From Macrostomum lignano (lineage: Eukaryota), in contig NIVC01001457.1 of assembly GCA_002269645.1 (NCBI GenBank), positions 222,213 to 286,212 of the forward strand: a stretch of DNA of 64,000 nucleotides, given 5' to 3'. The notes below the pieces were generated by a model, which worked only from the letters and a program-made list of their open reading frames with translations, was not told the DNA's origin and made no database searches. Shown here piece after piece: positions 14,041-27,300 of this stretch (the first letter of the stretch is position 1; every line of letters begins with the position of its first letter). Position numbers and translations under genes: made by a program.

Positions 14041-17000
14041 ATGCTGGAGCAGCCGAGTCCCATGGACTTTCGCCATCCTCACAGTCAGGGTAATTCGCCC
14101 TCTTCTTCAATATCCTCCATCGCCGCTGCTCCGCCACCTGCCTTACTAGCCGTAGTGGACTCGTGCTCAGCCGGACACACAACCAAATCGGCCGAGTCTC
14201 TACTCTCCGAGCTGTCCTCTCCGTCCGACATTAATAACGACATTAACGACAATAAAAAATCCGGAAACAGCGACGACGAGGACGAATCGGATGACGAATT
14301 CGTCAACGTTATCGTTAATCGCGACGCTGTTAATTTGAGCATTTCCCAGGCTAGGGCTGACGTAGAAGCGGCCAATAGTAGTTTCCATGGCAACGGTGGA
14401 TGGACGCCGCCGAATAGAAGGTTGCCCCATCATCAGCAGCAGCAGCAGCATCACCACCAGCCCCATCAACAAAATCAGCAGCGTTGGCAGCACCATCAAA
14501 GAAACAACCCACACCGCCGTAATAACTATAATAATAACAATAATAACTATAGTAATAATAATCATAATCAGCCCGGCGGCCGGTATCGTTGTAACCAAGC
14601 CTCTGCTTCATCATCTGTGCATCCAGCTCCAGCATCCGCTGCTTCTTCATCTTATCAACGCCTGCCAGCCTGCATGGACAGCTTGTGCCTTGCCAACAGC
14701 ACCGGTCAGGACGCTGACAAGCACGGCAACGGTGTTGAGAAGTACCGACCTTGGGGTCGACGAGGTCAACCCGGCGGCGGCGCCAGCGACGGCGAATTTA
14801 ATCGACAATTCGATCGACCGCCCAGATATTATCGACGCCGATCGTCGAAGATCCTGACGCCGTGGAATCAGCAGCAGCAGCGTTGTTGCCCTGCCGTAGG
14901 CGCTTCATCAATATCCGCAGCTTCTACTGGCCTGGCATCCTCAGCATCATCAGTGACGTCATCCAGATCTAGGTCGGCTTCTCCCGCCACTGCCACTGTC
15001 ACTGTCGCCTCGTCGGCTTCCACTGTTGGTACAGCGACTCCTCCAAGGTTGCCTCCTCCGATGCCTCCGCCGCATCCGCCGCCGCCGATGTCTTATCCGC
15101 CTCCTCATCTGTTGCAGTTCCCAGCTGCCGCGCCACCTCCCTACTGCTGGCACCCAATGTTCTGGCCGCCGCCACCGCCCCATCCGCTGTCTCCTCGGCA
15201 TCAGCAGCATTCTCAGATCTATCCGCATCAGCATCCTTGTTTCTCTTGGCTGCCGCCTCCGCCGCATTCGATGCCTCCTTTGTCGACAACTTCAACGTCG
15301 CACAGCTCGCAGCAGTCCGGTCAGCAGGCTCAGTCCCAGTCGCAATCCCACACTGCAGCCGCTGCCGCTGTAGCTGCCGCCGCTGCTGCTGCAGCCGCCG
15401 CCGCCGCGGCTGCCGCATTCGGGCAGTCGCCTGGTCGATTCCCTCCTCCGCCGCATCTGCCGCCCCTTCCGCCGCCGCCTCCGCCCTCCTCAGGAGGAAC
15501 CTACGGCTTTGTGCCCTCAGCGGCCTACCAGCAACAGCAGCAGCAGCACTACTATCAACAGTACCTGCAGCAGCATTATCTGCACCAATATCAGCAACAA
15601 CTTCAACATTATCAAGCATCATTGACTCCGCAGAGGACTGTCCCTACTTGTACTTCATCTTCGATGGCTAAACCAGCTACTCCAGTTGCTGCTGCTGCTA
15701 CTGCTGCTAGTAGTGTATCTGTTGGCGTTGTGTCCTCTTCGTCTGCTCCGACTTTGAATTCCACTTCGTCAACTGGCTCTATTATATCGTCCTCGGAGTC
15801 TAGGTGCGTGTCCTTGGGGATGCATTTTTCCTTGCAGTTAGTATTCCTTGTTTTCGAAATAGATTTGTATGTTTATCTCTTTACACTGTCAAGTGCGTTT
15901 TGGAATGGCCATATTACCTCAATAAGAATAGCCATTTTACCTCAATAAGAATAGCCATTTTACCTCAATAAGAATAGCCATATTACTTCAATAAGAATAG
16001 CCATATTACCTCAATAAGAATAGCCATTTTACCTCAATAAGAATAGCCATTTTACCTCAATAAGAATAGCCATTTTACCTCAATAAGAATAGCCATTTTA
16101 CCTCAATAAGAATAGCCATTTTACCTCAATAAGAATAGCCATATTACCTCAATAAGAATAGCCATTTTACCTCAATAAGAATAGCCATTTTACCTCAATA
16201 AGAATAGCCATTTTACCTCAATAAGAATAGCCATTTTACCTCAATAAGAATAGCCATTTTACCTCAATAAGAATAGCCATATTACCTCAATAAGAATAGC
16301 CATTTTACCTCAATAAGAATAGCCATTTTACCTCAATAAGAATAGCCATTTTACCTCAATAAGAATTGCCATATTACCTCAATAAGAATAGCCATATTAC
16401 TTCACTAAGAATAGCCGTATTACCTCAATAAGAATAGCCGTATTACCTCAATAAGAATAGCCGTATTACCCCAATAAGAATAGCCGTATTACCTCAATAA
16501 GAATAGCCATTTTACCTCAATAAGAATAGCCATTTTACCTCAATCAGAATAGCCGTATTACCTCAATAAGAATAGCCATTTTACCTCAATAAGAATAGCC
16601 ATTTTACCTCAATCAGAATAGCCGTATTACCTCAATAAGAATAGCCGTTTTACCTCAATAAGAATAGCCATATTACTTCAATAAGAATAGCCATATTACC
16701 TCAATAAGAATAGCCATATTACTTCAATAAGAATAGCCATATTACTTCAATAAGAATAGCCATATTACCTCAATAAGAATAGCCATTTTACCTCAATAAG
16801 AATAGCCATTTTACCTCAATAAGAATAGCCATTTTACCTCAATAAGAATAGCCATTTTACCTCAATAAGAATAGCCATTTTACCTCAATAAGAATAGCCA
16901 TTTTACCTCAATAAGAATAGCCATTTTACCTCAATAAGAATAGCCATATTACCTCAATAAGAATAGCCATTTTACCTCAATAAGAATAGCCATTTTACCT

Positions 17001-18176
17001 CAATAAGAATAGCCATTTTACCTCAATAAGAATAGCCATATTACCTCAATAAGAATAGCCATATTACCTCAATAAGAATAGCCATTTTACCTCAATAAGA
17101 ATAGCCATATTACCTCAATAAGAATAGCCATTTTACCTCAATAAGAATAGCCATATTACCTCAATAAGAATAGCCATTTTACCTCAATAAGAATAGCCAT
17201 ATTACCTCAATAAGAATAGCCATTTTACCTCAATAAGAATAGCCATATTACTTCAATAAGAATAGCCATTTTACCTCAATAAGAATAGCCATTTTACCTC
17301 AATAAGAAAAGCTATTTTACCTCAATAAGAATAGCCATTTTACCTCAATAAGAATAGCCATATTACCTCAATAAGAATAGCCATATTACCTCAATAAGAA
17401 TAGCCATTTTACCTCAATAAGAATAACCATATTACCTCAATAAGAATAGCCATATTACCTCAATAAGAATACCCATATTACCTCCGTTAAAATCGTTAAC
17501 TTCTTAAGTCGCGCCCGATTCCTACTCGTAGATTGAAAACCTAACCAATGACCTTGACTTGCTGTGCATTTTCAGAGACATTCTCCAACAATTAAAGGGT
17601 CAGTAAGGTTGTGTATTTTAAATCGTAAAAAATACTTTTAATGATGTACTTCTGAGACTACTTTCGAAGTATTGTAAATAGCTGGTTGAGTAGAGCGCTT
17701 ATTTAATTGATTTTAAAAAGCCGAAACATCGTGTTAAAGATATTTTTACAATCAGTATGTCAAAACTTTTTTTATCCATTTAACATTTGGTGTTGGTTTT
17801 TAGCCCTAACAAAAGTATCTAATTACTTTTAACTTCCCGACATTGTGCTTTGAGATTTGCTTTAACCATCATAGACATCAGTTCACTTTATGAAGCATGA
17901 TTGATTTATGACCAAATCATCTCTTCAGACGCTGGTGTCAAAAATGTCCACCTGAATGGCATTGCAACGCCAACGAAAGATTCTTCTATTGCTGCTTCTG
18001 CAACAGACGCAGCTGCTGCTCAGGATGACGTCATCGCCAGTAATGCTTACAGACCGGCCAAGGCTGCCGTTGAATTGTCGTCAACTGCGGCTGGGTTCTA
18101 CAATTGCGACAAGAATTTCGACGTATTGTCGGCCATTCTGCACCGGATCCGAGGCTCAGACGGGGCTCAGGAATGA
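14041..18176 (+). CDS. Low-complexity Q/N/H/P/A/S-rich protein of unknown function; predicted exons 14041-15803, 17576-17598, 17929-18176 (~677 aa)
   Basis: A 653-codon open frame with codon-structured homopolymers and a donor AG|gtgcgt at 15804. The microexon is bounded by ttttcag and gtcagt, and the acceptor is ctcttcag at 17928. Phases 2 and 1 join in frame (SESR DILQQLKD AGVKNVHLNG) and the total is divisible by 3. No recognisable domain. Confidence 0.65.
15905..17484. repeat. 23-bp minisatellite (CATTTTACCTCAATAAGAATAGC)n, ~68 copies, intronic
   Basis: Clear 23-bp periodicity with TTTT/TATT variants. Confidence 0.97.
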
Positions 18177-18389
18177 TCTGAAATTGCCGGAGACTTGCCG
18201 GATTTTAATATACCTTATTATCGACTAACTCCCGGCGTATCTGCTTCTTTCCAGGTTTATATCAACAAAATTAAAAATTCAACCTGCTATTTCAATTTAT
18301 TTCTGTTCATCCGCGTTAACTTCTCGTTTTAGGTTGATGTGTTTTGGTCGTATCATTCACTTTATCTGCTCGATTCTCTGCTCTGATTT

Positions 18390-19020
18390 ACTTCCATATC
18401 TACTATCTCTATCCTTATCTACCCCATATCTACTCTCTCCATCCTTATCTACCCCATATCTACTCTCCCCATCCTTATCTACCCCCATATCTACTCTCCC
18501 CATCCTTATCTACCCCCATATCTACTCTCTCTATCCTTATCTACCCCATATCTACTCTCCCCATCCTTATCTACCCCCATATCTACTCTCCCCATCCTTA
18601 TCTATCCCCATATCTACTCTCCCCATCCTTATCTACCCCCATATCTACTCTCCCCATCCTTATCTACCCCATATCTACTCTCTCCATCCTTATCTACCCC
18701 ATATCTACTCTCCCCATCCTTATCTACCCCCATATCTACTTTCCCCATCCTTATATACCCCCATATCTACTTTCCCCATCCTTATCTACCCCCATATCTA
18801 GTCTCTCCATTCTTATCCACCGTAATATCTACTCTCCATTACTTATCTGGCCCCATATCTATTCTTTCCATTCTTATATACCCCCATATCTACTCCCTCC
18901 ATTCTTATATACCCCCATAATCTACTCCCTCCATCTTTATATACCCCCCATATCTACTCCCTCCATTCTTATATACCCCCGTATCTACTCTCTCCATCCT
19001 CATCTACCCTCATGTCTACT
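18390..19020. repeat. 28-29-bp pyrimidine-rich minisatellite (CCCCATATCTACTCTCCCCATCCTTATCTA-type)
   Basis: Tandem periodicity that degenerates towards the right end. Confidence 0.92.
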
Positions 19021-20117
19021 GTCTCTATTCCTATCATCCATTAGTGTCAAATATTTATATTGAATGGCCAAGCACAATAATGTTTATAAGATACAGTATT
19101 TGAACATTTTTTTTACGTTTTAATGACCAGCTTTTGGCTGTAGTTGGTCTAATTCACGTAGACTGATTGCTAGCTGCTAGAACTCGTGGATTCTATTTGT
19201 TAATCTCTATCTGTGTAGCTCTTTGTGGTCGAGTTGCTTTAAATGAAAAAAAAAATTAAATATTTGAACAAAGTTTTTATCTCCAAGTTACAGTCCTTTT
19301 GTGTAAAATCCTTCTCAGTGTGTTTAAATAAACGTTTTTTTGCATTTTTACACAATCCGCAATCAGTGCTGTAAAACATTTCAGGTTCCCTTTGAAAAAT
19401 GAAGAAAAAAATAATTTATTGATTTATTGCTTTTTTGCATTTAGACTTTCTGATGATTTGAACGCCGACTTTTTTCTCATCCTTTTTGTTGTCAACTTTG
19501 TAGTTTGTAATTTTCTTTCTTTTTTCAACGATATAGTGTTCGGTCTAGTCTTTGACGCCTCAATACACCTGACGCTTCCATTTTTCTGTGCGATTGAAAT
19601 TCGAATTTAAAACAAAAAATATGCTCTAAATATCTGCTGCTTCAAAATAAATAATCGATTCATCGCTTTGTGCGCTTCGGTGCGGATTGTAGTTTTCGTA
19701 AGGCTTTTTGGGAAAAATGCTGTTTTGTGCTCTTCGCGAACATTAATTCACTTTGTCTGAATCGTAGGAGTAGAATTCTTAAACAGAGCCACAACACGAG
19801 GAAAAAACCGTTTAGCCCATTGTACAATTCCTCGTTGACTTGAAACCGTTACCGTGACCAGAATCGCTAGTAATTGCAAACAACTCACTAGTGACTAAGA
19901 GTCGTGTTAGCACTTAACTTTTTACTAACTCAAGCAGACTACATATAGTACACGAGAAGACATACATATAGCTCGTACATATAGAGTCATTATAGAAGCG
20001 TCCCAGAGCACAGAATGGCGAATCGGCAGTTCTCTATGAAAGCGAAGTAAATGCGCTTGCACTACTAACGTTGTGAAGCTGATAAGTAGCTGTGATTTTT
20101 TAAACGCAAAATTGAAT

Positions 20118-20807
20118 TTAAAAGTTGAGCTCAAGACAGCCTTTGAAAGCTCTGAATCGTCGTTTTGACGCTGCAGTTGAATGCTGCGCTATCATTGTAA
20201 TTAATTTGTTCATAACGGTGCGTGTGCAGTCATGAGCAGTAATAAGAACTGTTATAACATTGCCATGTATATGTAAGCTAAAAAACAAAAGTAACAAACA
20301 TAACAGCAGGTTCAGTTTTGGCGCTGCTAATTTGCTGATTCTGTGTGACACACCAGCATGCATGAACTCTGTCACTTCCAGCAATTTGAATTGGCGTTCC
20401 ATCTCAGTGACAGCTCTGATAACTGCTCTGCTTGGGTTGACTAAGCTGTCATCCCGCTTGCGCTTCAGTCGCAGGAATTGTGTTCGAATTGTTCTCCCTT
20501 CAGTTCCTGCTTGCACACCTCACACACTTGCACTCGGTTTTAAAGAAGCGGAACAGCAACCAACCGCCGACATATGCGCGCTTCTCGTGATCTACTGTAA
20601 GTCATCCGATGTAGCAAAGAGCTCATCACCTGCTTCCGTGAGATCTGAGTCACTAGTGTTGCCCTGCAGGTGGACTGGATCTGGAGCTTCTAGGCTCACT
20701 GCAGCCTTGGATGCTCTCTGGCTGCCGAAAACCGGTGAAATCTAGTGCCCGGCGTAGTTGGGGCATCCGTACGCAGCGCACTGAAGCCTCGAAGCAGAGG
20801 CAGTCAT
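20118..20807 (-). pseudogene. Internally deleted THAP-domain / P-element-like transposase remnant
   Basis: The minus strand gives a THAP-like start (MTASASRLQCAAYGCPN...TRFHRF). It is followed almost directly, across frameshifts, by a P-transposase-like C-terminal pattern (AYVGGWLLFRFF..CEVCKQEL..FLRLKRKRDDSLVNPSRAVIRAVTEMERQFK). Assignment is from remembered motifs, not from a search. Confidence 0.55.
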
Positions 20808-21254
20808 GCAAAAACAGTATCACAATAAGCTGCGTATTCAAACTCCAGCAGATACATGTATGCCTTCGGTATTAGCACTTTTGAAGCCAAACCTAGCTTC
20901 AGCAGCACCAGCTTGGGCCATAGAGAATGCAATACAGCAAAGACCTAGCGCGATCAATAATGCATTTGACCTGCATGCTTTCACGCCACGAGCTCGTGCT
21001 AGAACGCCCAAGGCATGCTGTCTATGGCACTAACTTAGAGCGCAGAGGCAGCAGAAGGCAGGGCCAGCCTAAAGGTAGTTTCTAAAAATAGCACAGTTTA
21101 AAAGGGGCGTGGGTTGGTTCTATCAAGCCTTCCTATATTCTGTGGGACAAACCCGCAATAAATGGCAAAGAATTGGTAAAGTGCCATTAAGCCTACTTAG
21201 TTTTTCTTCACAACAAGAGTAGCCACTATAGAATATCATTGTCGGCTGATTTTC

Positions 21255-21515
21255 CATGCAAGAATGGCATTCTTGCACTCTTTTGCGTGCAGGAATGGAT
21301 GTCTATGGTAAAATCTCACTGAAAAAGCATTAGGCGCAGAAATGCATTCCTGCACGGTTTTGTGCATTCCTGCACGATGAATCATCCGACAATGGAATTC
21401 CTTCACGTTCACTCGTGCGTGAAGGACATCGTGCACTCGTGCGCTAGCGCGCACTCGTGCAGATGTCATTCCCGCACTCGTGACCGTGCAGGAATATATC
21501 ATTCTTGTGTTCAAA
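21255..21515. repeat. MITE-like segment with repeated CATTCCTGCACG/CGTGCAGGAAT and CACTCGTG motifs
   Basis: Short motifs repeated in both orientations; includes GTCTATGG at 21301. Confidence 0.35.
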
Positions 21516-24372
21516 AAGAAATTTTCTCAAAATGCGGGATTCGCCATTCTGTGTATATTTGTGTCCCAAAGTCGCCGATAATAAAAAGCCTCAAAGTGAC
21601 TCTTAAAAATAAGTCTACCGTGATATCTCATCCTTTTAGAGTCGTCTAGAGAGTCCTTTCCTACTCTTATTTTACCTGAGGCGACGCAAGTGACTATTGG
21701 ATCAAGTCTTACGAGTAATTGATGGTCCTGGTTTGATTCAAACAATTTTCAATAGAATCGTTTACTGAATTGATGAAGTGGCGAATATAGTTACTGCTGC
21801 TGATTATAGTTCTAGTCTACAAAGACTCCCTCCAACTAGATGTACGAGCGTATTTTCAGCTACGGTCTTTAAGAACGAAAATATTCGCTGGTATTAACGA
21901 ATAAAGTGAAGGCGATGGGCAGTTCCTCCACACATACCCGCGCAACAACACTTTCAACTGGGGGGATCTGTATGGGTGTCGCCATGTTAAACATGAATTT
22001 GAAAAACTAAAAGAATTCTGAAGCCGAAGATGTGATGTGAATTCAAACCATCGCACTTGCTGACAAGTCACCTCAACAGAATTGCCTGCCTCGGAAATTC
22101 TGTGTCAGAAAACGGTCATGTCACAGACTGCATGCAGGCCTGGAGGGTAAATGGCTAGGAGTTAAACTGCTTGCTGATCTGCCCCCAGTCTGGGCCATAG
22201 ACAGCTGGCAGAGTGTCTGCATGATTAAATTGAATGCCCATCTGATCAAGTAGGCTGCAGAAAGGAATACTTTAGGAGTCTTTGATCCAATTAAGCTAGA
22301 AGCTAAAGCTAAAATTGACTTGTAACTTAGCATTCACTTTATATAATAGCATGCTGTCATCGCATTCAATCATTGCCGCTGTGTGTCAGGTCTACAGGTA
22401 TAACAAGACATCGATTGGCAGGTGAGTTTTTCGAAGGACTCATTTTGGAAGAATTATTTGCAATTTAAAAAAGCCAAAACAACACGTACAGATTGTTCTT
22501 TGAATTCTGAAACATTTTTTTCATTTCAATTAAATTATATATTACGAACAATCACATTTTAAAATGAAAACACGCTAAAAATTATAAAATAACCTATTTC
22601 ATATATCACATCGAGAATTGTGCTCAGTAGCAAAGTGTATAATTATATGTACCTCAATTTCTCCCCTGATCAGTACCAACCGCGGTTTATATCACAGATA
22701 AAAAACAACAGTGACCTTCTGCAGTTCCTTTTACAATACAAGAACTTGTACTGTACCTCGACAGATGCTCTAGTCCTAGATTGAACATTTAAATCGATTT
22801 TAATACAATGTTCTCGTACATTGTAAGCCCATTAGTGAGATTCGAATTTCGAACCATTTTACACGCGGTTTCTGAGTTCTTATTGTACTCATTGTCACCG
22901 CTAATTGACAGTTTAAGAAGAGATTTGCTTCAACATTGTTATCTCGCTACTGTTAGTAGTTGATTTTCATCTCGAGGTCACGAGACGGAGTCACCACACT
23001 CATATAGTCAATAGTTTTTTCCTGGGCGGGGGGCAGGTCCTCCGCTGTCCGCTCCCAGATGTCATTGAATTTGTACTCGGTGAAGGATTTTGCGTCCATT
23101 TAGTGCTGCGATTCATCGCGTGTACATGCAGTGTTTCTCTTTTTGCTATCAAATCATAAAAATAAAGATACAAAAATGATCCCCAAAACCTCTAGCTCTT
23201 GGATACGCCACTTGGGACTTACCATAGAAGCCCACAACCTCGCATGATCAACTAACTCATCGATGACTTCGATCGCTATCTCGAATTCCAGGCTTATCCG
23301 ACGGGTGTCCGCATTGTCGCTGATTCTGCTGTCAATCATCGCCCTGAAGTTGGTCGATCTGAGGCCGAACTCGAATTTCGACATACTTCATGGATGGAGG
23401 TTCGCCGGCTCTTTCAGGCCTGTCCAAACTGGAGACTTGGAGGAGCAGAGGGAACCTTCGGAAGAAGGATATTTACACGTGGTGCTACGAGTACCTGTCA
23501 CTGTCACAGAACAATAAGCGTACCTATTTTCCTCGTGCTAATTGTTCAATACAACTGTAAAGAATCCACTAGCGCTTATACATATTTCAATCACAGAAAT
23601 TCCAGTAATTGTTCATAGGATTGGAATAACAAAAAGTCATATTTTTAATGACATAATTGTTATCAGTGATGCTTACATGCCTGACGATTAAAAAGTCATG
23701 GTGGCGCTGTACACCATGTGTGTGCGTGTGTCAGTGGAGAGTCATTGTATTGGGCCAAGTTGTTGGTGTGACGATGTTTCCAAATGCCTTTTAATATTTC
23801 TAGTCAGAGCTGCAATCGATACAATTCTACAGGTATAATTTGTCATTGTTTCTGCCGGCCATGTGTACCGTAGCTAGAGTTGTGGACGTAAGACTGCCGA
23901 GCGGGAGTCAATTGAGCAGGTAAACTCACGCCCGTAGCTACTATTGTAGCTACGCTTGTAAAAGCCGCAGACGTACATTTTTAAAAGCGTCTCGTCGGTG
24001 GCCCTTAGTACAGATTTTCAATTTGACCTAATTGTCTACGCAACGAGTGCCGGTTTAGAGTGCTACTGATTTGCTCTGATTTTCAATTGCAAGTTTAACA
24101 ACGTCCTGTAATGTCACAAAAGATAAATGGATACATTTTATAGATTAATCAGTTAATAAAACAAATTTAAAAGCAGACTTTGTGTCAGATAAAATTTCTT
24201 GTCAAGTTTGTCAACGCGTGTGCAGAGGGTGCTCAGCTGCGCACTGCAGCCAATAGCAAGCTGACGACAAGGAAGCCAGGGCAAACCCACATGCGCAGTT
24301 TTGATCGCATAAAACGCGCGCAGCGGGACGCAAAGCCACTCTTTGGTTTCCAGCCGTATCTCTTGCACAGAC

Positions 24373-27300
24373 ATGGCTTGCCAGCTCCCACTGCTTGCAC
24401 TGCTGCTCACAGCAGCTTCAGCAACGGCCATGCAGTGCTCAACCAGCGCTCTGCCGCACAATGCTAGAGTCGATTGCTGGCCGGAGATCGTCGGCGCCTC
24501 CGAGAGCGCCTGCCACGGCCGCGGCTGCTGCTGGCGAGACGACAGCGAGACAGTTAATGACGACTCGGAGCCATTCTGCTTCTACCCAGCTGACTACCCC
24601 ACCTACAGGCTGGTGGGCTCTCGGGACTCCCCAGCTGGTGGCGCAGCGCTCAACTTTCGGCGAGACTCGGGACCGTCTGGCTGGCCGCCTTCTCGGCAGA
24701 TTGACCAGGTGCGGCTCACGCGCGTGGCTGGTGGCTTTATGATCTGGGATTCCGAATGCTCTTGAAGATTACCGCTTTTAGCCAAACGTGTGGGTACTAC
24801 ATGTACCTTGTGGGTAGTTTTACTTAGCAATAGGACATATTAGCTATAGTCTAGTCTAGTTTTTAATCAACCGGTGTCGAAATATTTATTTTAAGTACGT
24901 CCTCATTTACCTGAATTCTCATCCCCGTTCTCATTTACCAGAGTTTGATTCCCAAATCGGTGCAAGTTTGTCATAATTAATATCAAATGTAAGAAACTAA
25001 CCGAATTTTTACCTAGCGATTAGACTTATAGTTTAGATATATGTATATAAACATCACATTTTTAGTATATAGGATATATAGTTTATAGACTTATTATAGT
25101 TATTATAGACTCAAAGTCTAAGGCCAACGTTTTAGCAACAACCAGACGGCTTAAACAGAAAAATTGCCTTTTAAAATGGCAGTGTAAATTAACCTCTAAG
25201 CACAAAGACTGCCCTTTATTTTTTAAAATTGAAACTATGAAGACAATCTCAAATTTCGCCCCCCCCCACCCAACTCAGGTGTCACTCAGTGTGTCGGCTC
25301 ACTCGGACCGAGTGGCGCGAATTCAAATCGCCGACCGGTCCGACACGAGTCGCTGGCGGGTGCCGCTGCCGCTGTTCGGAGGCGATGAGGCCGGAGCGGC
25401 AGCTCAACAGTTCAGCGTGCGAACTTCGAGCTCTGCAGGCGAGCGGTTTTTCGTTCAGGTGACGAGAAACTCGGACGCTTGGCCGCTGTTCGACACCGGA
25501 TCGTCGGATAGCGCGTTCGGGCCTCTGCTGTTCGCCGACCAGTTCATACAGGTACGAAGCTGAGGGAATTGGGACACTCCATTGCAGCGCCTCTGTTTCT
25601 GGCGCCCCTGGTGCTTAGCGCCCCTGGTGCTTAGCGCCCCTGGTGCTTAGCGCCCCTGGTGCTTAGCGCCCCTGGTGCTTAGCGCCCCTGGTGCTTAGCG
25701 CCCCTGGTGCTTAGCGCCCCTGGTGCTTAGCGCCCCTGGTGCTTAGCGCCCCTGGTGCTTAGCGCCCCTGGTGCTTAGCGCCCCTGGTGCTTAGCGCCCC
25801 TGGTGCTTAGCGCCCCTGGTGCTTAGCGCCCCTGGTGCTTAGCGCCCCTGGTGCTTAGCGCCCCTGGTGCTTAGCGCCCCTGGTGCTTAGCGCCCCTGGT
25901 GCTTAGCGCCCCTGGTGCTTAGCGCCCCTGGTGCTTAGCGCCCCTGGTGCTTAGCGCCCCTGGTGCTTAGCGCCCCTGGTGCTTAGCGCCCCTGGTGCTT
26001 AGCGCCCGTACGTCGTACTGTTCACACAGCACAGTTTGTCCCGATTTTAATAGTCCACATGCCAAACCCAAACCATTGTCTGGCAGCTCTCAATCGGTCT
26101 GTCAGCCCAGGTCATCTACGGTCTCGGCGAGCACCTCGGTCCGTTCGCCAAGCCGCTCAACCAGTGGAAGCGGTTCGTGCTGTGGAACCGAGACGCAGAA
26201 CCGAACCCAGATAGAAACCTCTACGGTTCGCACAATTTCCTGCTGGCTGTCGGTGGCGGAGGCCGAGCTTTCGGCATCTTCTTGCTGAACAGTAACGCCC
26301 AGGAGGTGATGCTGCAGCCGCGGCTCGGCCAGAGAGCCACCGTGACTTACCGAACTATCGGGGGCATCCTGGACTTCTTTGTGTTCGTTGGTCCCACGCC
26401 GAAGGACGTGATTCAGCAGTACCACGAGCTGCTGGGCCCACCGATGATGCCTCCGCTGTGGTCGCTCGGCTACCACCTGTGCCGCTTTGGTTTCGGCACT
26501 CTCGATCGACTGAAGTTCATCTACGAGAGAAATGTTAAAATCAACATCCCCATCGATGTGATGTGGTCGGATGCGGACTACATGGATGGATTCAAGGTGC
26601 GGATAATTAACTGCTAGCTGTCTAGTTAATGTTTTGTTGACTCGCATCAACTTGAGACTCTAAATTGTCTATGGTAGTTTCAGAATGGATTGTCTACCGT
26701 AAGTCTTGAATAGCATATGGCAAATGTTGTAAAGATGTGAAGTAAAGCATCATTTATGCTTGCAGAAATTTTACTCCCCCTGCATAGAGGGTTAAAAATT
26801 AATTAGGGGCTTGCGCACGAAAATCTTTCTCAGAGAGTTATCGTGCGATTAACAACCATCATATGACAATTATAAAGCCAGGGCTTCTTTACACCCTGTG
26901 TGAACGTGTGCATGACTGCGTGCCTGCGCACAGATGTGCTCAGGGTTGTCTTACCACAGGTTGCGGGACAATGTCGCCGAATGCGTTCCACGTACCCATG
27001 CACAAACCTCCGGCAAATATTTATTTCTGTACACCTAAAAGTACATCTAAAATTATTGCATGCAGGACTGGACGGTAGGCGCAGAAAAGTACAGCGGCTT
27101 TGACACCTTCATCAAGCAAATCCACAACCAGCACCGCTCGGTGGTCGTGATTGTTGACCCGGGCATTAAGAACAACTCCACAGGCTATTTGGCCTACGAC
27201 CTCGGCCTTAAGATGGATATATGGATGCGTACAGCGGACAACAAGTCCTACATTGTTGGTGCCGTGTGGCCTGGAGATGTTCTCTGGCCAGACTTTACCC

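Noticed and set aside
18334-19063. PHIYS/LSTP-repeat ORFs
   Set aside because: Derived from the pyrimidine-rich minisatellite.
22980-23620. Coding-like GC-richer patch with short ORFs on both strands
   Set aside because: No recognisable motif, splice structure or termini.
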